Position numbers and translations under genes: made by a program. From an uncultured Verrucomicrobiae bacterium (lineage in GTDB: Bacteria > Verrucomicrobiota > Verrucomicrobiia > Chthoniobacterales > JAFAMB01), in contig CAVXLD010000001.1 of the NCBI GenBank assembly GCA_963762565.1, positions 1,376,001 to 1,440,000 on the forward strand: a stretch of 64,000 nucleotides of DNA, read 5' to 3'. Positions 43,792 through 54,062 of the stretch are shown piece by piece. How positions within the stretch are numbered: position 1 is the stretch's first letter; every line of letters starts with the position of its first letter. Below the pieces are notes generated by a model. The model saw only the letters and a program-made list of their open reading frames with translations. It searched no databases and was not told where the DNA came from.

Positions 43792-45579
43792 CTACTGACT
43801 CGGCGCAACATACACGTCGTTCCGCACATAGGTACCCACATAACGGTAATGGCTTTTGATGTAGGCTAAGGACGCTGCCGCCCATACACTGAATCGGGAA
43901 GATTCGGTAGCATTGATCGGATCATCGTTGATTAAGATCACAGAGGGTTTCTTCTCTTCAATCGCGGCGATTGTCTCCGTATCAAACGTCGTGGGCCGAG
44001 TGGCATTATCGACATACAAATTATAAAGATAACTTCGGCGATTGGTCATGAAGTTGACTGTCGGCGCGTACGGATAACAAATGACCCAATCGTTCGGTGC
44101 TGAATTCTTGGTCACAACCTGATACAGACCATCGTATTCCGTCTTTTGCTCTTTCGTTAGATAGGCCAGGACACCGTTGTCAGCTCGAAACAATTCTTCG
44201 TGCGGCTTCTTGCGACCAATTGATCCCATCCACGGGACCGCTAACCCGTAATCCAGATAAAACCATAACTGTACTAGCAAAAGGAGCATCCATAGCCGGG
44301 TACTCCAGCGCAACCACCGCTGTGGAGACCTCCAACGCCGGAGTGCCATCTCAAAGGAACAGGCGGAAAGCACCAGGAGCGGACACATCATTTCACTCAA
44401 GTGTTGTGGGTCCGGCCGGAAAAAGAAATATTGCGGGAACAACGTGAAGGCGGAGCCCAGGCCGATGGCTAGAACCAGCGCTTCACTTTTTTCATCAGCC
44501 CGGTTTCTCCTCATCCCGGAAACCGCCAAGAATAGAGCGGCAACCGCCAGGATAGCCCCGCTCAAAAGGGGATAGTACAATAGGAAAACCAGGATCCGTT
44601 TTTTGCCGAACTTTTCCGTGAACATCTGCGTCCAGGCCGGCAATTTTCGTTCTGACCGATCAGCGACCCGCGCTGCCGGGGTCGCATTGGCCACAGGTTG
44701 GATAGGTGGCGACAGTTCTAAAGGATGCCTCGCCGGAGCCGGTTTCAGACTAGCGACACTCACCGCTTTCCCCTCAATAAACTGCCAATAGCTCAGATAA
44801 TTCTCCCAAAAAGCGCCAGCAAAACCGTGTTGCTCCGCATAATAAGTGACCGGTAAATGCACCACCAGAAAGGTCACCGGTAACGCGACAACGGTCAGCA
44901 GAGTAATATTGATGCGCCGCCGGACATCGCCCCCTCCTAGGAGCAAATAAGCCACCGCACTCGCCAATGCCACCCCGCAAAAGAAAATACCAAGATCGAT
45001 CCGGATCAAAAAAGTGAGCGCTACGGCCAGCGCCGCAACGATAACCCAGATCACACGATATTTAGGAGAAGGGTGCGGTAATGCGAAAGCTTCTAACAAT
45101 GCCGCCAGATTGCCGACGCCGAGAAGACCAAGGTAATTACGAAACTGGATTCCGGGTATCAAGATCAAAACCAGGGCGCAACCGAAGGCCAGCGCGCTCG
45201 AGTCGGAAACCCGGCGAACGGACCGATAAGCCAGCAACCCAGTGACGATCGAAAGGCCAAAAAAGAAGATGCGTACGACCGTAAAATTCGGCCCGAAGAC
45301 CTGAAACAGCCAAACGAGCGGATAGAACCAGAGCAAGTTGTAGCCGAGGAAGGTATCAACAAAGGGTCGTTGCCCTTGCAGCAACCTTTGCGCATACACC
45401 GCGGTGGTTCCGCCTTCCCCACCCAAGTCTAGCCCGGACAACGCGTACGTCGCGTAGTAGGCGATAGCAAAACCTAAAAGAAGCGCGGGGAGCCACCATC
45501 GTTTTAAGTGCGCTTTCTTCAGAGCTTCGGAAGTTGAGACAGGTTGTCTAAGCCCGTCGCCTGGCGCTAAGTCGGTCAC
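43792..45579 (-). CDS. Polytopic membrane protein, GT-C/ArnT-like glycosyltransferase candidate
   Basis: More than 10 TM segments; first loop GGEG...GQRPFVD..Y; soluble C-terminal domain. Confidence 0.6.
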   Translation of the reverse strand: MTDLAPGDGLRQPVSTSEALKKAHLKRWWLPALLLGFAIAYYATYALSGLDLGGEGGTTAVYAQRLLQGQRPFVDTFLGYNLLWFYPLVWLFQVFGPNFTVVRIFFFGLSIVTGLLAYRSVRRVSDSSALAFGCALVLILIPGIQFRNYLGLLGVGNLAALLEAFALPHPSPKYRVIWVIVAALAVALTFLIRIDLGIFFCGVALASAVAYLLLGGGDVRRRINITLLTVVALPVTFLVVHLPVTYYAEQHGFAGAFWENYLSYWQFIEGKAVSVASLKPAPARHPLELSPPIQPVANATPAARVADRSERKLPAWTQMFTEKFGKKRILVFLLYYPLLSGAILAVAALFLAVSGMRRNRADEKSEALVLAIGLGSAFTLFPQYFFFRPDPQHLSEMMCPLLVLSACSFEMALRRWRSPQRWLRWSTRLWMLLLLVQLWFYLDYGLAVPWMGSIGRKKPHEELFRADNGVLAYLTKEQKTEYDGLYQVVTKNSAPNDWVICYPYAPTVNFMTNRRSYLYNLYVDNATRPTTFDTETIAAIEEKKPSVILINDDPINATESSRFSVWAAASLAYIKSHYRYVGTYVRNDVYVAPSQ

Positions 45580-45669
45580 AGGACTCGCCTCGATAAGCTT
45601 CGTCCCTAGGCTTGGGCAAGTGGAAAATAAATATTGCTATTTTTTATTCGCTATTTGCTATTTCCTCCC

Positions 45670-46641
45670 ATGACTCACCTCGAACGCGGTAAACTCGTGA
45701 TCAATCTCGAGATCGAGGAATTGAAACGCCTGGTTGATCGCCTCGACGATCGGTTCAGCCAAGCGGTTGAATTGCTACGCACCACCGTGGAAACGGGCAA
45801 GAAGGTGATCGTCTTGGGCGTAGGCAAATCGGGTCAGGTCGGCGAGAAGATAGCAGCCACATTGACCAGCACCGGATCTCCGGCCGTAGTTTTGAATCCA
45901 CTGAACGCTCTGCACGGCGATCTCGGCATTGTTAGCGCTGGTGATGCCGTATTAGCGCTAAGTTACGGTGGCGAGACCGCGGAGTTATTAAACATTCTGC
46001 CAGCCTTAAAACGCTTTGATGTCCAGATGATCGCTTTCACCGGGATGCTGTCTTCAACCTTAGCGAGACACAGTAACATCGTGTTAGATTGCTCCGTCCA
46101 ACAGGAAGCCTGCCCTTTAAATCTGGCGCCTACGGCTAGTACCACAGCCATGCTCGCACTGGGAGACGCTTTGGCCATGGCTTTGCTCGAAGCGAGAGGC
46201 TTTCAACGAGAGGATTTCGCTAAATTTCATCCGGGTGGCCGCCTAGGGAGAGTGCTCCTACAACGGGTCACCGATGTAATGCGCCCGGAAGATCGGATGG
46301 CGGTCGTTGCGCCGGATACGGATGTCTTAGGGGTGTTACATACAATGAATGAATGCCGGGCCGGCCTGGCTGTGGTGGTGAACGCAGACGGCAAATTAGC
46401 CGGGATCTTTACCCACGGAGATTTTGTCCGTTCGTTTGAGCGTAACCCGGCAATGACCGGGGATCCGGTAGCTCAGTACATGAATAAACATCCGGTCACT
46501 ATCGGTGTTAATCGTCTCGCGGTTGAAGTGCTCAACGTTCTGGCACAACATCGAATTGACGATTTAGTGGTAGTCGACGACAGGAATCACCCAGTCGGCA
46601 TTGTCGATTCACAGGATTTGACGAAGTTAAACCTTCTGTAA
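45670..46641 (+). CDS. kdsD: Arabinose-5-phosphate isomerase (KdsD/KpsF/GutQ)
   Basis: GVGKSG, HGDLG, EACPLNLAPTASTT, FHPGG and two CBS domains. Confidence 0.94.
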   Translation: MTHLERGKLVINLEIEELKRLVDRLDDRFSQAVELLRTTVETGKKVIVLGVGKSGQVGEKIAATLTSTGSPAVVLNPLNALHGDLGIVSAGDAVLALSYGGETAELLNILPALKRFDVQMIAFTGMLSSTLARHSNIVLDCSVQQEACPLNLAPTASTTAMLALGDALAMALLEARGFQREDFAKFHPGGRLGRVLLQRVTDVMRPEDRMAVVAPDTDVLGVLHTMNECRAGLAVVVNADGKLAGIFTHGDFVRSFERNPAMTGDPVAQYMNKHPVTIGVNRLAVEVLNVLAQHRIDDLVVVDDRNHPVGIVDSQDLTKLNLL

Positions 46642-46693
46642 TTGTTACCGTCTTTTCGTGATAAGCTAATTTAGCGTCGGGTAATCGTTTTTT

Positions 46694-47251
46694 ATGGCAG
46701 CAGCAAATGACCTCCGCAAAGGAATGGCTCTTCGTTACAACGGCGATATCGCCGTCATTCTTGACGTTCAACATCGCACCCCGGGTAATCTTCGGGCCTT
46801 CGTGCAGGCGACCCTGAGAAGCATTCGGACCGGCAAATCCAGCAACGTTCGCTTTAGCTCGACCGAAACCGTGGAACTGGTCGACGTGAACCGCCGGAAA
46901 CTAGAGTACAGTTATAAGGATCAAGACGGCTACGTTTTCATGGATCCGGAGACCTACGAAACGGAGACACTGAACGCAGAACTTCTAGCCAGTGCGAACG
47001 AGTTTTTGACGGAGAATCTCGCCGTGGACGTGCTTTACGCGGAGGGGAAAGCAGTTGAGGTCGAGTTACCTTCGTCGGTGACATTAAAGGTGGTCGAAGC
47101 GCCGGAAGGTCTGCGAGGCGATAGCGCCACCAATGTGCAAAAATCGGCTAAGCTGGAGACCGGCAAAATGGTTCAGGTACCTTTGTTCATTAAAGAAGGT
47201 GAACTGATTCGGGTCGATACTCGCACAGGTGCGTACATGGGACGGGCCTGA
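46694..47251 (+). CDS. efp: Elongation factor P
   Basis: ANDLRKG, TPGNLRAFVQ, FMDPETYE, RGDSAT, VQVPLFI..GE.IRVDTRTG.Y. Confidence 0.96.
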   Translation: MAAANDLRKGMALRYNGDIAVILDVQHRTPGNLRAFVQATLRSIRTGKSSNVRFSSTETVELVDVNRRKLEYSYKDQDGYVFMDPETYETETLNAELLASANEFLTENLAVDVLYAEGKAVEVELPSSVTLKVVEAPEGLRGDSATNVQKSAKLETGKMVQVPLFIKEGELIRVDTRTGAYMGRA

Positions 47252-47261
47252 GGAACGCCGT

Positions 47262-47536
47262 GGTAGGGCGAGGCTCCGGACCAACCTAAAAAGTTGAGCA
47301 AAAGGTATGCAACTAACGCGAAGACCCCGCGTGCCGCGCCAAGACGCCGCCGAGCCGTTTCCAGGATGTGAGCTCAGACCATTTGCGACCAAGTAAGTTC
47401 AGTCCCCTACCTCGACAATCCTTGGTGGCTAACCAGGGGTCACGGCTCGGCAGTTTTTCGTTCCGGCTTATTTTTCGACCAGATCTGCGTAGTCGCCTTG
47501 CAGACCATTTCGGTCTGATTGGAGCCTCGCCCTACC
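47262..47536. repeat. Palindromic element family A
   Basis: GGTAGGGCGAGGCTCCGGA...GCCGAGCCG...CGGCTCGGC...GGAGCCTCGCCCTACC; arms of about 67 and 65 nt. Confidence 0.9.
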
Positions 47537-47549
47537 ATCGCTCGTTTCC

Positions 47550-48308
47550 ATGACCACGAAACGGCGCAAATTAAAGAGCAGCGCTCTTTACAAGCAGAGC
47601 CGAGCGCCAACAAGGCAAGAGCTCGCTATTCCCATCCGCTGGCTTAAACAGGTGATCGGCCTCTTCCTCTTGCCGGTCGCCTGGATATTGACTCGAGCAT
47701 TTTTTTGTAGTTTCTCGCAAGCCACTATTAATCACTCCTTCTGGCTCTCCGAAGAATTCTGGTTCTTTTCTCTCGGAGCCGTTCTCTGGCTAATCGCGTT
47801 TGTCGGGTTGCCCAAGCCGATGGTGATGTACGTGTTCGGTCACGAGTTGACCCATGCTCTTTGGGTCTGGTTGATGGGCGGAAAAGTGCGCGAATTTCGG
47901 ATTGGCTCTGACGGCGGCCATATCGTGACGGATACCACCAATTTATGGATCGCATTGGCTCCGTATTTTTGTCCGATTTACAGCGTTATCGTCTTCGGAA
48001 TTTACGGTGGTCTAGGGTTGTTCTTCGATCTAGAGCCATATCATCGCTGGCTCTTCGGATGTATCGGATTCACCTGGATGTTCCATATCACTTTTACCCT
48101 GTGGATGCTGTGGAACGGACAGAGCGACCTGATCGAGCATGGAACCTTCTTCTCCATGATGGTGATCTATCTGCTGAATTTCTTGGTCCTGAGCTTGATG
48201 CTGATTCTGGCCAGCCGCGATGTCACTTTCGCTTCCTTCGGCAAAGAATTACTCGCCGGAGCGATGGATTTCTCCGATGGGATCGTGCGATTGGTCGGAG
48301 CCAAGTGA
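47550..48308 (+). CDS. Membrane protein with HExxH (M50B-like peptidase candidate)
   Basis: Multiple TM helices, GHELTH, IALAPY, SD. Confidence 0.7.
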   Translation: MTTKRRKLKSSALYKQSRAPTRQELAIPIRWLKQVIGLFLLPVAWILTRAFFCSFSQATINHSFWLSEEFWFFSLGAVLWLIAFVGLPKPMVMYVFGHELTHALWVWLMGGKVREFRIGSDGGHIVTDTTNLWIALAPYFCPIYSVIVFGIYGGLGLFFDLEPYHRWLFGCIGFTWMFHITFTLWMLWNGQSDLIEHGTFFSMMVIYLLNFLVLSLMLILASRDVTFASFGKELLAGAMDFSDGIVRLVGAK

Positions 48309-48338
48309 GCGCTACAGCGCTTCGAATGGTCTGCAGCA

Positions 48339-48570
48339 CTGGAGGGGAGCCGCTTTATCGCAGGGCAGCTCTATGAGGTGGCAGCAAGCGGCTCCCGGGA
48401 AGAACCCAGCATGTACCATTACCGCTGGGTTGGTTGGGCAAAACAGCTTTGAAGAGCCGATAAAACGAACGCAATCAGGGACCGTTCCCGGGAGCCGCCT
48501 GCTAGCCCCGAAAGCTTTCGAGGCTAGCAACCGATAGAGCTAGCAAAGCTACAAAGCGGCTCCCCTCCAG
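48339..48570. repeat. Palindromic element family B
   Basis: CTGGAGGGGAGCCGCTTT...GCGGCTCCCGGGAA...TTCCCGGGAGCCGCCTG...AAAGCGGCTCCCCTCCAG. Confidence 0.92.
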
Positions 48571-48708
48571 CGCGAGAGAGCAAATCCGTACGCTGGAACG
48601 AAAACCGCTTTCGACGACGACAACAGCCTGCCCGACGAACCTTTAGGTTTATAGGGAAGCAGCTCGGGCGGTGAGCGAAGTCGGGAGTACGACACTTGCG
48701 GTCGCGCG

Positions 48709-49137
48709 CTAACTCTTCAGATGACCAAACTCCAATTCCCAGTGCGCCGGCAATCGCATGACTTTCATGTCGGGGAGCTTGACGACCACCAACATCTGTC
48801 TGCAGGTGATCAGCAATTCATTACCGGCCTCTCGCCTGATCGTGAACGCGCACCAGAACCGGGATCGCTCGAATTTTTCTAACTGTCCGTGTACAACCAG
48901 CTTATCCCAAAGCCGGGCCGGACGGCGGTAATCGATCTCAGTCCTCACCACCACCGGACATTCTTGCAGGTCCATCATTTCTCCGAGCTTCCACCCCAAC
49001 TTTTCCGCCAGTAACGACCGGTTGGTTTCGATGAAACGCAGGTAAGCAATGTTATGAACAACCCCTCCGGCATCGGTATCAAAAAACATTACTCGCTCGG
49101 TCGTTTCCAGGGTTGGAGCGTGGTTCTTCGGATCCAT
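48709..49137 (-). CDS. Acyl-CoA thioesterase (YbgC/FadM hotdog fold)
   Basis: DTDAGGVVHNIAYLRFIE..R, IDYRRPA. Confidence 0.9.
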   Translation of the reverse strand: MDPKNHAPTLETTERVMFFDTDAGGVVHNIAYLRFIETNRSLLAEKLGWKLGEMMDLQECPVVVRTEIDYRRPARLWDKLVVHGQLEKFERSRFWCAFTIRREAGNELLITCRQMLVVVKLPDMKVMRLPAHWELEFGHLKS

Positions 49138-49244
49138 AGTCAGCGCGCTAACTCGCTCTAGGCTCGTCAGCGAATAGCAAATAGCAAATAGCAGATAGCA
49201 AACGAGGTCACAAACGGGCCAGCGCTACTCCAGCAGACGATTTG

Positions 49245-51368
49245 CTATTTGCTATTCCGAACCTCCTTCAGGCGAGTTCGGAGGTCGTCCGTCGTCGTGA
49301 CCGGCGGTTCACAAGCAAAATGCCGGCAAACATAGGCGGCGGCTTTACCATCAATCAGCCTCATGCCTTTAAGCGCCGGCATATGCTGAGAAAGCCAAGA
49401 ATCGCTTTCATCGGCGTAGAGTACGATTTTGTCTGGTGAGAAGAGTTGGCCAATCACTTTGATTAGGGGTTCTTCATTCTTGTCCTGAGTGGCGATCACC
49501 ACTTGGACCGGCTCCGCCAACAATCCACACAATGCCGCCAGCATTTGAGGTACCGCAGCAGGGCTCCGCTCCAGGACAGCGGCGTAGCTGGTCATGATCC
49601 GGTAAGCACCGTCTCGGAACTCCGTTAGGTCAAAGATCCAACCCAGCCGGAGCAGGTTCATCGCAGCAACGGAGTTAGCCGCCGGCTCGGCGCCATCATG
49701 GTCATCTCTTAACCGAAACAAGATATCCGCCGCCCCTTCTTCGGTGCTGAAATAGCCGCCTTTCGGATCAGCAAATAAAGCTCCCATTTGCACCTGGAGC
49801 TCACCCGCCCAACGCAACCATCGGGTATCAAAGTCTGCCTCGTACAAGTCCAATAAACCTTGGATGAGAAACGCGTAATCCTCGGCAAACGCGTAAATCG
49901 AACTCGGACCTTCACGATAGCTGCGCAGTAAACGCTTATGGTAAAGGTGACGTTGAATGAAATCTGCGGCTCGTTGCGCCGTTTCTAGATGCTGCACCTC
50001 TCCCAATACCTGATAAGCCTTGGCGAATGCCGTAATCGTCATCCCGTTCCAAGCGGTGACGATTTTATCGTCCAGGTGCGGACGCGGACGGCGAGAACGA
50101 ATTTCGAACAATTTCTTTTGAGCTGACGCCAAAAGCTGTTGGATAACATCCACGGGCTTACCCGTGAGCTTCGCCACCAACTCCGGTTCAGTTTGTCGGA
50201 ACAGAACATTTTGGCTGCCTAACTCACCGTGCGGGTCACTGTCAGGAGAGACGTTTCCTGCCTGTTCCACTCCAAAAGTACGGCGAAACACGGTGGCTTC
50301 GTCCGGCGTCAGGTACTCATTAATTTCGTCAGCGGTCCAAACGTAAAAGGCACCTTCTCGTTTGTGATCCGCCTCGGCGCTAGGCAAACTATCGGCATCT
50401 TCCGCGGAATAGAACCCGCCTACAGAAGAGGTCAGGTCTCGTTTGATATAGGCCAAGGTTTCACGCGCAACTTGCGCAAACCAACTGTCCTGAGAGATTT
50501 GGAACGCTTCTAAGTAGACGACTGCCAATTGGGCCTGATCGTACAACATTTTTTCAAAATGGGGCACGTGCCAGCGCGCATCGACCGAGTATCGGTGAAA
50601 GCCGCCACCCAGGTGATCATACATCCCGCCATCCGCCATTTTTTTGAGGCTGAACAAGGCCATATCCCGGGCTTGATCTGAACCCGTTCGGTACCAATAC
50701 CGGAAAAGAAAATTGAAGACGGCTGGACGCGGAAACTTAGGGGCAGGACTGAATCCCCCTTCGTCCGGGTCGAAGCCCTGAGCCAGTTGTTGATAGCCCA
50801 GGTCGAGCCATTCTTCGCGCGGCGCCGAGATATCTTTGGCGGACGTATTGACTAGATAAGATTGGATCGCGTCGGTGAACCGATTGCCTTGCTCGACAAT
50901 CTTTTCGGGTTGTTTTGCCCAGATGTCGGCCAGACGGGTCAACAAAGAACCAAAGCCCGGACGGCCATATCGATCATCCGGTGGATAATACGTGCCTCCC
51001 AAAAACGGTTGGATCGTGGGTGTCAGGAACACACTCATCGGCCAACCACCGGAGCCAGTGGTACTTTGTACAAAGAGCATGTAGACCCGATCAACATCAG
51101 GTCGTTCTTCGCGGTCGACCTTAATGCTGATAAAGTGCTCGTTGAGGAGGGCGGCGATGGCAGGGTTTTCGAACGATTCGTGCTCCATGACGTGGCACCA
51201 ATGGCAGGTCGAATATCCGATCGACAGAAAAATCAGTTTGTTCTCAGATCGCGCGTTGGCGAAGGCCTCTTCTCCCCATGGATACCAGTCCACCGGGTTG
51301 TGCGCGTGTTGGAGCAAGTAGGGCGATCTTTCGCTGATCAGCCGATTTGTGTGAGGTTCCCCGCTCAT
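49245..51368 (-). CDS. YyaL/SPATA20-like thioredoxin-domain protein
   Basis: [55 protein letters not shown]. Confidence 0.93.
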   Translation of the reverse strand: MSGEPHTNRLISERSPYLLQHAHNPVDWYPWGEEAFANARSENKLIFLSIGYSTCHWCHVMEHESFENPAIAALLNEHFISIKVDREERPDVDRVYMLFVQSTTGSGGWPMSVFLTPTIQPFLGGTYYPPDDRYGRPGFGSLLTRLADIWAKQPEKIVEQGNRFTDAIQSYLVNTSAKDISAPREEWLDLGYQQLAQGFDPDEGGFSPAPKFPRPAVFNFLFRYWYRTGSDQARDMALFSLKKMADGGMYDHLGGGFHRYSVDARWHVPHFEKMLYDQAQLAVVYLEAFQISQDSWFAQVARETLAYIKRDLTSSVGGFYSAEDADSLPSAEADHKREGAFYVWTADEINEYLTPDEATVFRRTFGVEQAGNVSPDSDPHGELGSQNVLFRQTEPELVAKLTGKPVDVIQQLLASAQKKLFEIRSRRPRPHLDDKIVTAWNGMTITAFAKAYQVLGEVQHLETAQRAADFIQRHLYHKRLLRSYREGPSSIYAFAEDYAFLIQGLLDLYEADFDTRWLRWAGELQVQMGALFADPKGGYFSTEEGAADILFRLRDDHDGAEPAANSVAAMNLLRLGWIFDLTEFRDGAYRIMTSYAAVLERSPAAVPQMLAALCGLLAEPVQVVIATQDKNEEPLIKVIGQLFSPDKIVLYADESDSWLSQHMPALKGMRLIDGKAAAYVCRHFACEPPVTTTDDLRTRLKEVRNSK

Positions 51369-51583
51369 GCAGCAGCAAACCACGGGTCCTTCGGAATAGC
51401 CAATCGACAATAGCCGATAGCCAATAGCGAATGGTCCTGATCGGCCCTGTGCGGGGTTTACAGCAGATCGACTTGGCTATTGGCTATCGGCTATCGTTTA
51501 TTCCGAAGGAGCCTAAGCGACTTCGGATTGACATTCGGGCTCGGGACGTAGAGGTTTGATTACCGTTAACATTCCCCTCAGTT

Positions 51584-52021
51584 ATGTCATCGGCGGATTT
51601 AAATAACGGGAGTCCAGATTTCCGTCATCCGGAAAAGACGGATTCGGTCGACGAGTTGACCCGAGTCTATGGCGGACTTGCACCCCGATTGTTCTTCAGC
51701 CAACTAGTGCAGGACTTTCGCCCCGTTCGCTCGTTGCAACCGGAATTGGAGCGAGCCTCGTTCTTATACTGCCGGATGCGTGGCTATCGTTTATGGCTTT
51801 TGTTCTGGAGCGCTATTTCTATTCTCATACCCACGTTGCCGCTCCTGTGCCTGATTTCACCCGCTGACCTCGGTTTAACCTGGTTCGTTTGCGCGATCTG
51901 TGCCGAAGGACCAGCCGTTTTTATCTTGTGGAAAATCCATCACAAGTGGATCTCCTGCCGGCGTGATTACACCCGCTGGTTGCGCTTGGTACACCGGCGA
52001 GTCGCAGAAGAAGAGGGGTGA
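51584..52021 (+). CDS. Hypothetical membrane protein
   Basis: 145-aa ORF with two TM-like segments filling the gap between repeat blocks. Confidence 0.55.
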   Translation: MSSADLNNGSPDFRHPEKTDSVDELTRVYGGLAPRLFFSQLVQDFRPVRSLQPELERASFLYCRMRGYRLWLLFWSAISILIPTLPLLCLISPADLGLTWFVCAICAEGPAVFILWKIHHKWISCRRDYTRWLRLVHRRVAEEEG

Positions 52022-52169
52022 GTTGCGGGCTTCGGGTTGCGAGTTTGCCGGAGCTAGCGGCGCATATAAATCCTATCGATCGGGGTCCTAATGCGCGCCG
52101 AGGCGCCGTGTGGCTTCGGTCAAAACGGCAACGCGTAACCCGCAACTCGTAACCCTTAACCCGCAACCT

Positions 52170-52652
52170 TCACGGTTTGAGCGGAAACTGTTCTCGATTT
52201 GACGGCCGTACCAGCAACACGGGGCAGGGAGCATGATCAAGCACGAACCGCGCGACGTGCCCTACTGATTTCGGGCCAATCTTATGCTTGTCTTTATACT
52301 CGGCTCGCGGACAAATGATGATTAGGTCGGCGCCCCACTCGGCTGCGGCGTTGACAATCTCGCGTTCCGGTCGCCCCTCGCGTTGCAAAACCTCAGCCCC
52401 AGATAGGTAGCGTAAGCTTTCTTCGATGATTTCCCGGGCCGAAGTTTGTTCTACTTCCACCATTTGATGTTCTCGACGGGGCGGCGGACCAGGCGGCCGA
52501 AAAAACCGCTCGCGAGTATGCTCGATGTCATGATGCGGTCCCTTATCAATCACGTAAATAACACCCAGGGACAATCCGGCCGGCGTGAGCAAGGCCGTCG
52601 CTCTGCCGATCGATTCAAGGTTGGTTCCGTCGAGGCAACAGAGTACGCGCAT
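52170..52652 (-). CDS. Universal stress protein
   Basis: RVLCCLDG, GRPEREIV.AA..W.ADLII, SVGHVARFVLDHAPCPVLLV. Confidence 0.9.
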   Translation of the reverse strand: MRVLCCLDGTNLESIGRATALLTPAGLSLGVIYVIDKGPHHDIEHTRERFFRPPGPPPRREHQMVEVEQTSAREIIEESLRYLSGAEVLQREGRPEREIVNAAAEWGADLIIICPRAEYKDKHKIGPKSVGHVARFVLDHAPCPVLLVRPSNREQFPLKP

Positions 52653-52676
52653 CGCTTCGCTCCTTCTTCTTTTCTG

Positions 52677-53984
52677 CTACAGCAGTAACCAGATAGTGAG
52701 TGCTCCGGCGAGCAACATGATCGGAGTAACTATCACACCGACCTTAAAATAATCGAGACCGGAGACATCGATGCCTTGCCGGCGCAAGATCAGCAACCAT
52801 AAGACGGTGGCCAACGAACCGACAGTGGTGAGATTTGGTCCGAGATCGCAACCAAACATCGTGGCGGCGAGGAATCCATGTTGAACGGCCACCGGTGCAT
52901 GTTGAATACTTCCCAAAGCGGAACTCATCATCACCGCCATCGGGATATTGTTGATTAGGTTCGTGCCCAGCGCCGCTCCGGCTGTCCCTACCATCACCGC
53001 CCCAAAACTGTTTCCTCCTGAAAGCTGTAATAGCCAATTGCCGAAGCCGGCGGCGAGTCCGGTATCTTCGATCGCCCGGATCACAATGGACATGCCGGCG
53101 ATGAACCCGAAGATAGACCAAGAGATCCGTTTGCCGGTCTCGCGCAGCGTACTCTGTTTCCAGCTGAGCGCTCCCACTAGTAACAAAAAAGCGGCTCCGC
53201 CCGCGACCAGTGAGAGGGGAATCCGTGCGGCCGACGCCAGCACGTATGCCACCGCGACACCGATCAAAACCAAACAAGTGTACCGAAAATAGGCGCGATG
53301 TTTGATCGTTTCATTAGCCGAGGGCAAACGCTCGGCCTTGAACTGTCCCTGGAGCTCGTCGCGATAAAGCAGAAAGAAAATCCCGATATTAATTCCGATG
53401 ACAACCAGACTCGGCAGCAGCAACAAGCGTAAGAAGGTTAAAAGATCGAGAGGAAAATGGGACAGGATAATAATATTGATGGGATTACTGACCGGTAACA
53501 AAAACGAGGCGGTATCAGCGATGAAGGTACAAGCAAACAGATAAGGTAAAATCGGCAGGCGCAGTTTCGTGACCAGGACATAGACAACCGGGGTTAGGAT
53601 CAAAGCGGTTGCATCGTTGGACAGGATCATTGAGATCAAGGTCCCTAGGAGGAAGATGTTCAGGAACAACCGCCGGGCACTTTGCTGGGCCAGGCGCGCC
53701 GCTTGAACTGCCAGCCAATCAAAGAGACCGGCTGCCTCCGCCAAGGCGGACAAGCTCATCATGCCGAGAAAGAAGAGGAAGGTGTTCCAGTCCCGGCAGA
53801 GAGTAAAAAAGGCATCGGCCGGGCTGATAAGGCCGAGTAAGAGCAGCAGACTCGCCCCACCCATCGCGATTGTCGCCTCATTCCAGCGGAACGGACGCGT
53901 CATGATGCCAATCAACGTTAGTCCGCCCACGAATGACGCGATTATTGTCTTCGTGAGCTCAGGTACCGAAATAAACTGGAACAA
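52677..53984 (-). CDS. ArsB/NhaD (IT superfamily) transporter
   Basis: LSNDATALILTP, DTASFLLPVSNPIN, NLINNIP, GPNLTTVGSLATVLW. Confidence 0.9.
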   Translation of the reverse strand: MFQFISVPELTKTIIASFVGGLTLIGIMTRPFRWNEATIAMGGASLLLLLGLISPADAFFTLCRDWNTFLFFLGMMSLSALAEAAGLFDWLAVQAARLAQQSARRLFLNIFLLGTLISMILSNDATALILTPVVYVLVTKLRLPILPYLFACTFIADTASFLLPVSNPINIIILSHFPLDLLTFLRLLLLPSLVVIGINIGIFFLLYRDELQGQFKAERLPSANETIKHRAYFRYTCLVLIGVAVAYVLASAARIPLSLVAGGAAFLLLVGALSWKQSTLRETGKRISWSIFGFIAGMSIVIRAIEDTGLAAGFGNWLLQLSGGNSFGAVMVGTAGAALGTNLINNIPMAVMMSSALGSIQHAPVAVQHGFLAATMFGCDLGPNLTTVGSLATVLWLLILRRQGIDVSGLDYFKVGVIVTPIMLLAGALTIWLLL

Positions 53985-54062
53985 CCGAATCCTTTCTGAT
54001 GGCGGTCACGAAAAACAGCAAGCTTGATTGCGGGTGGCGGCTCGTCAATGCATTTGTGAACA

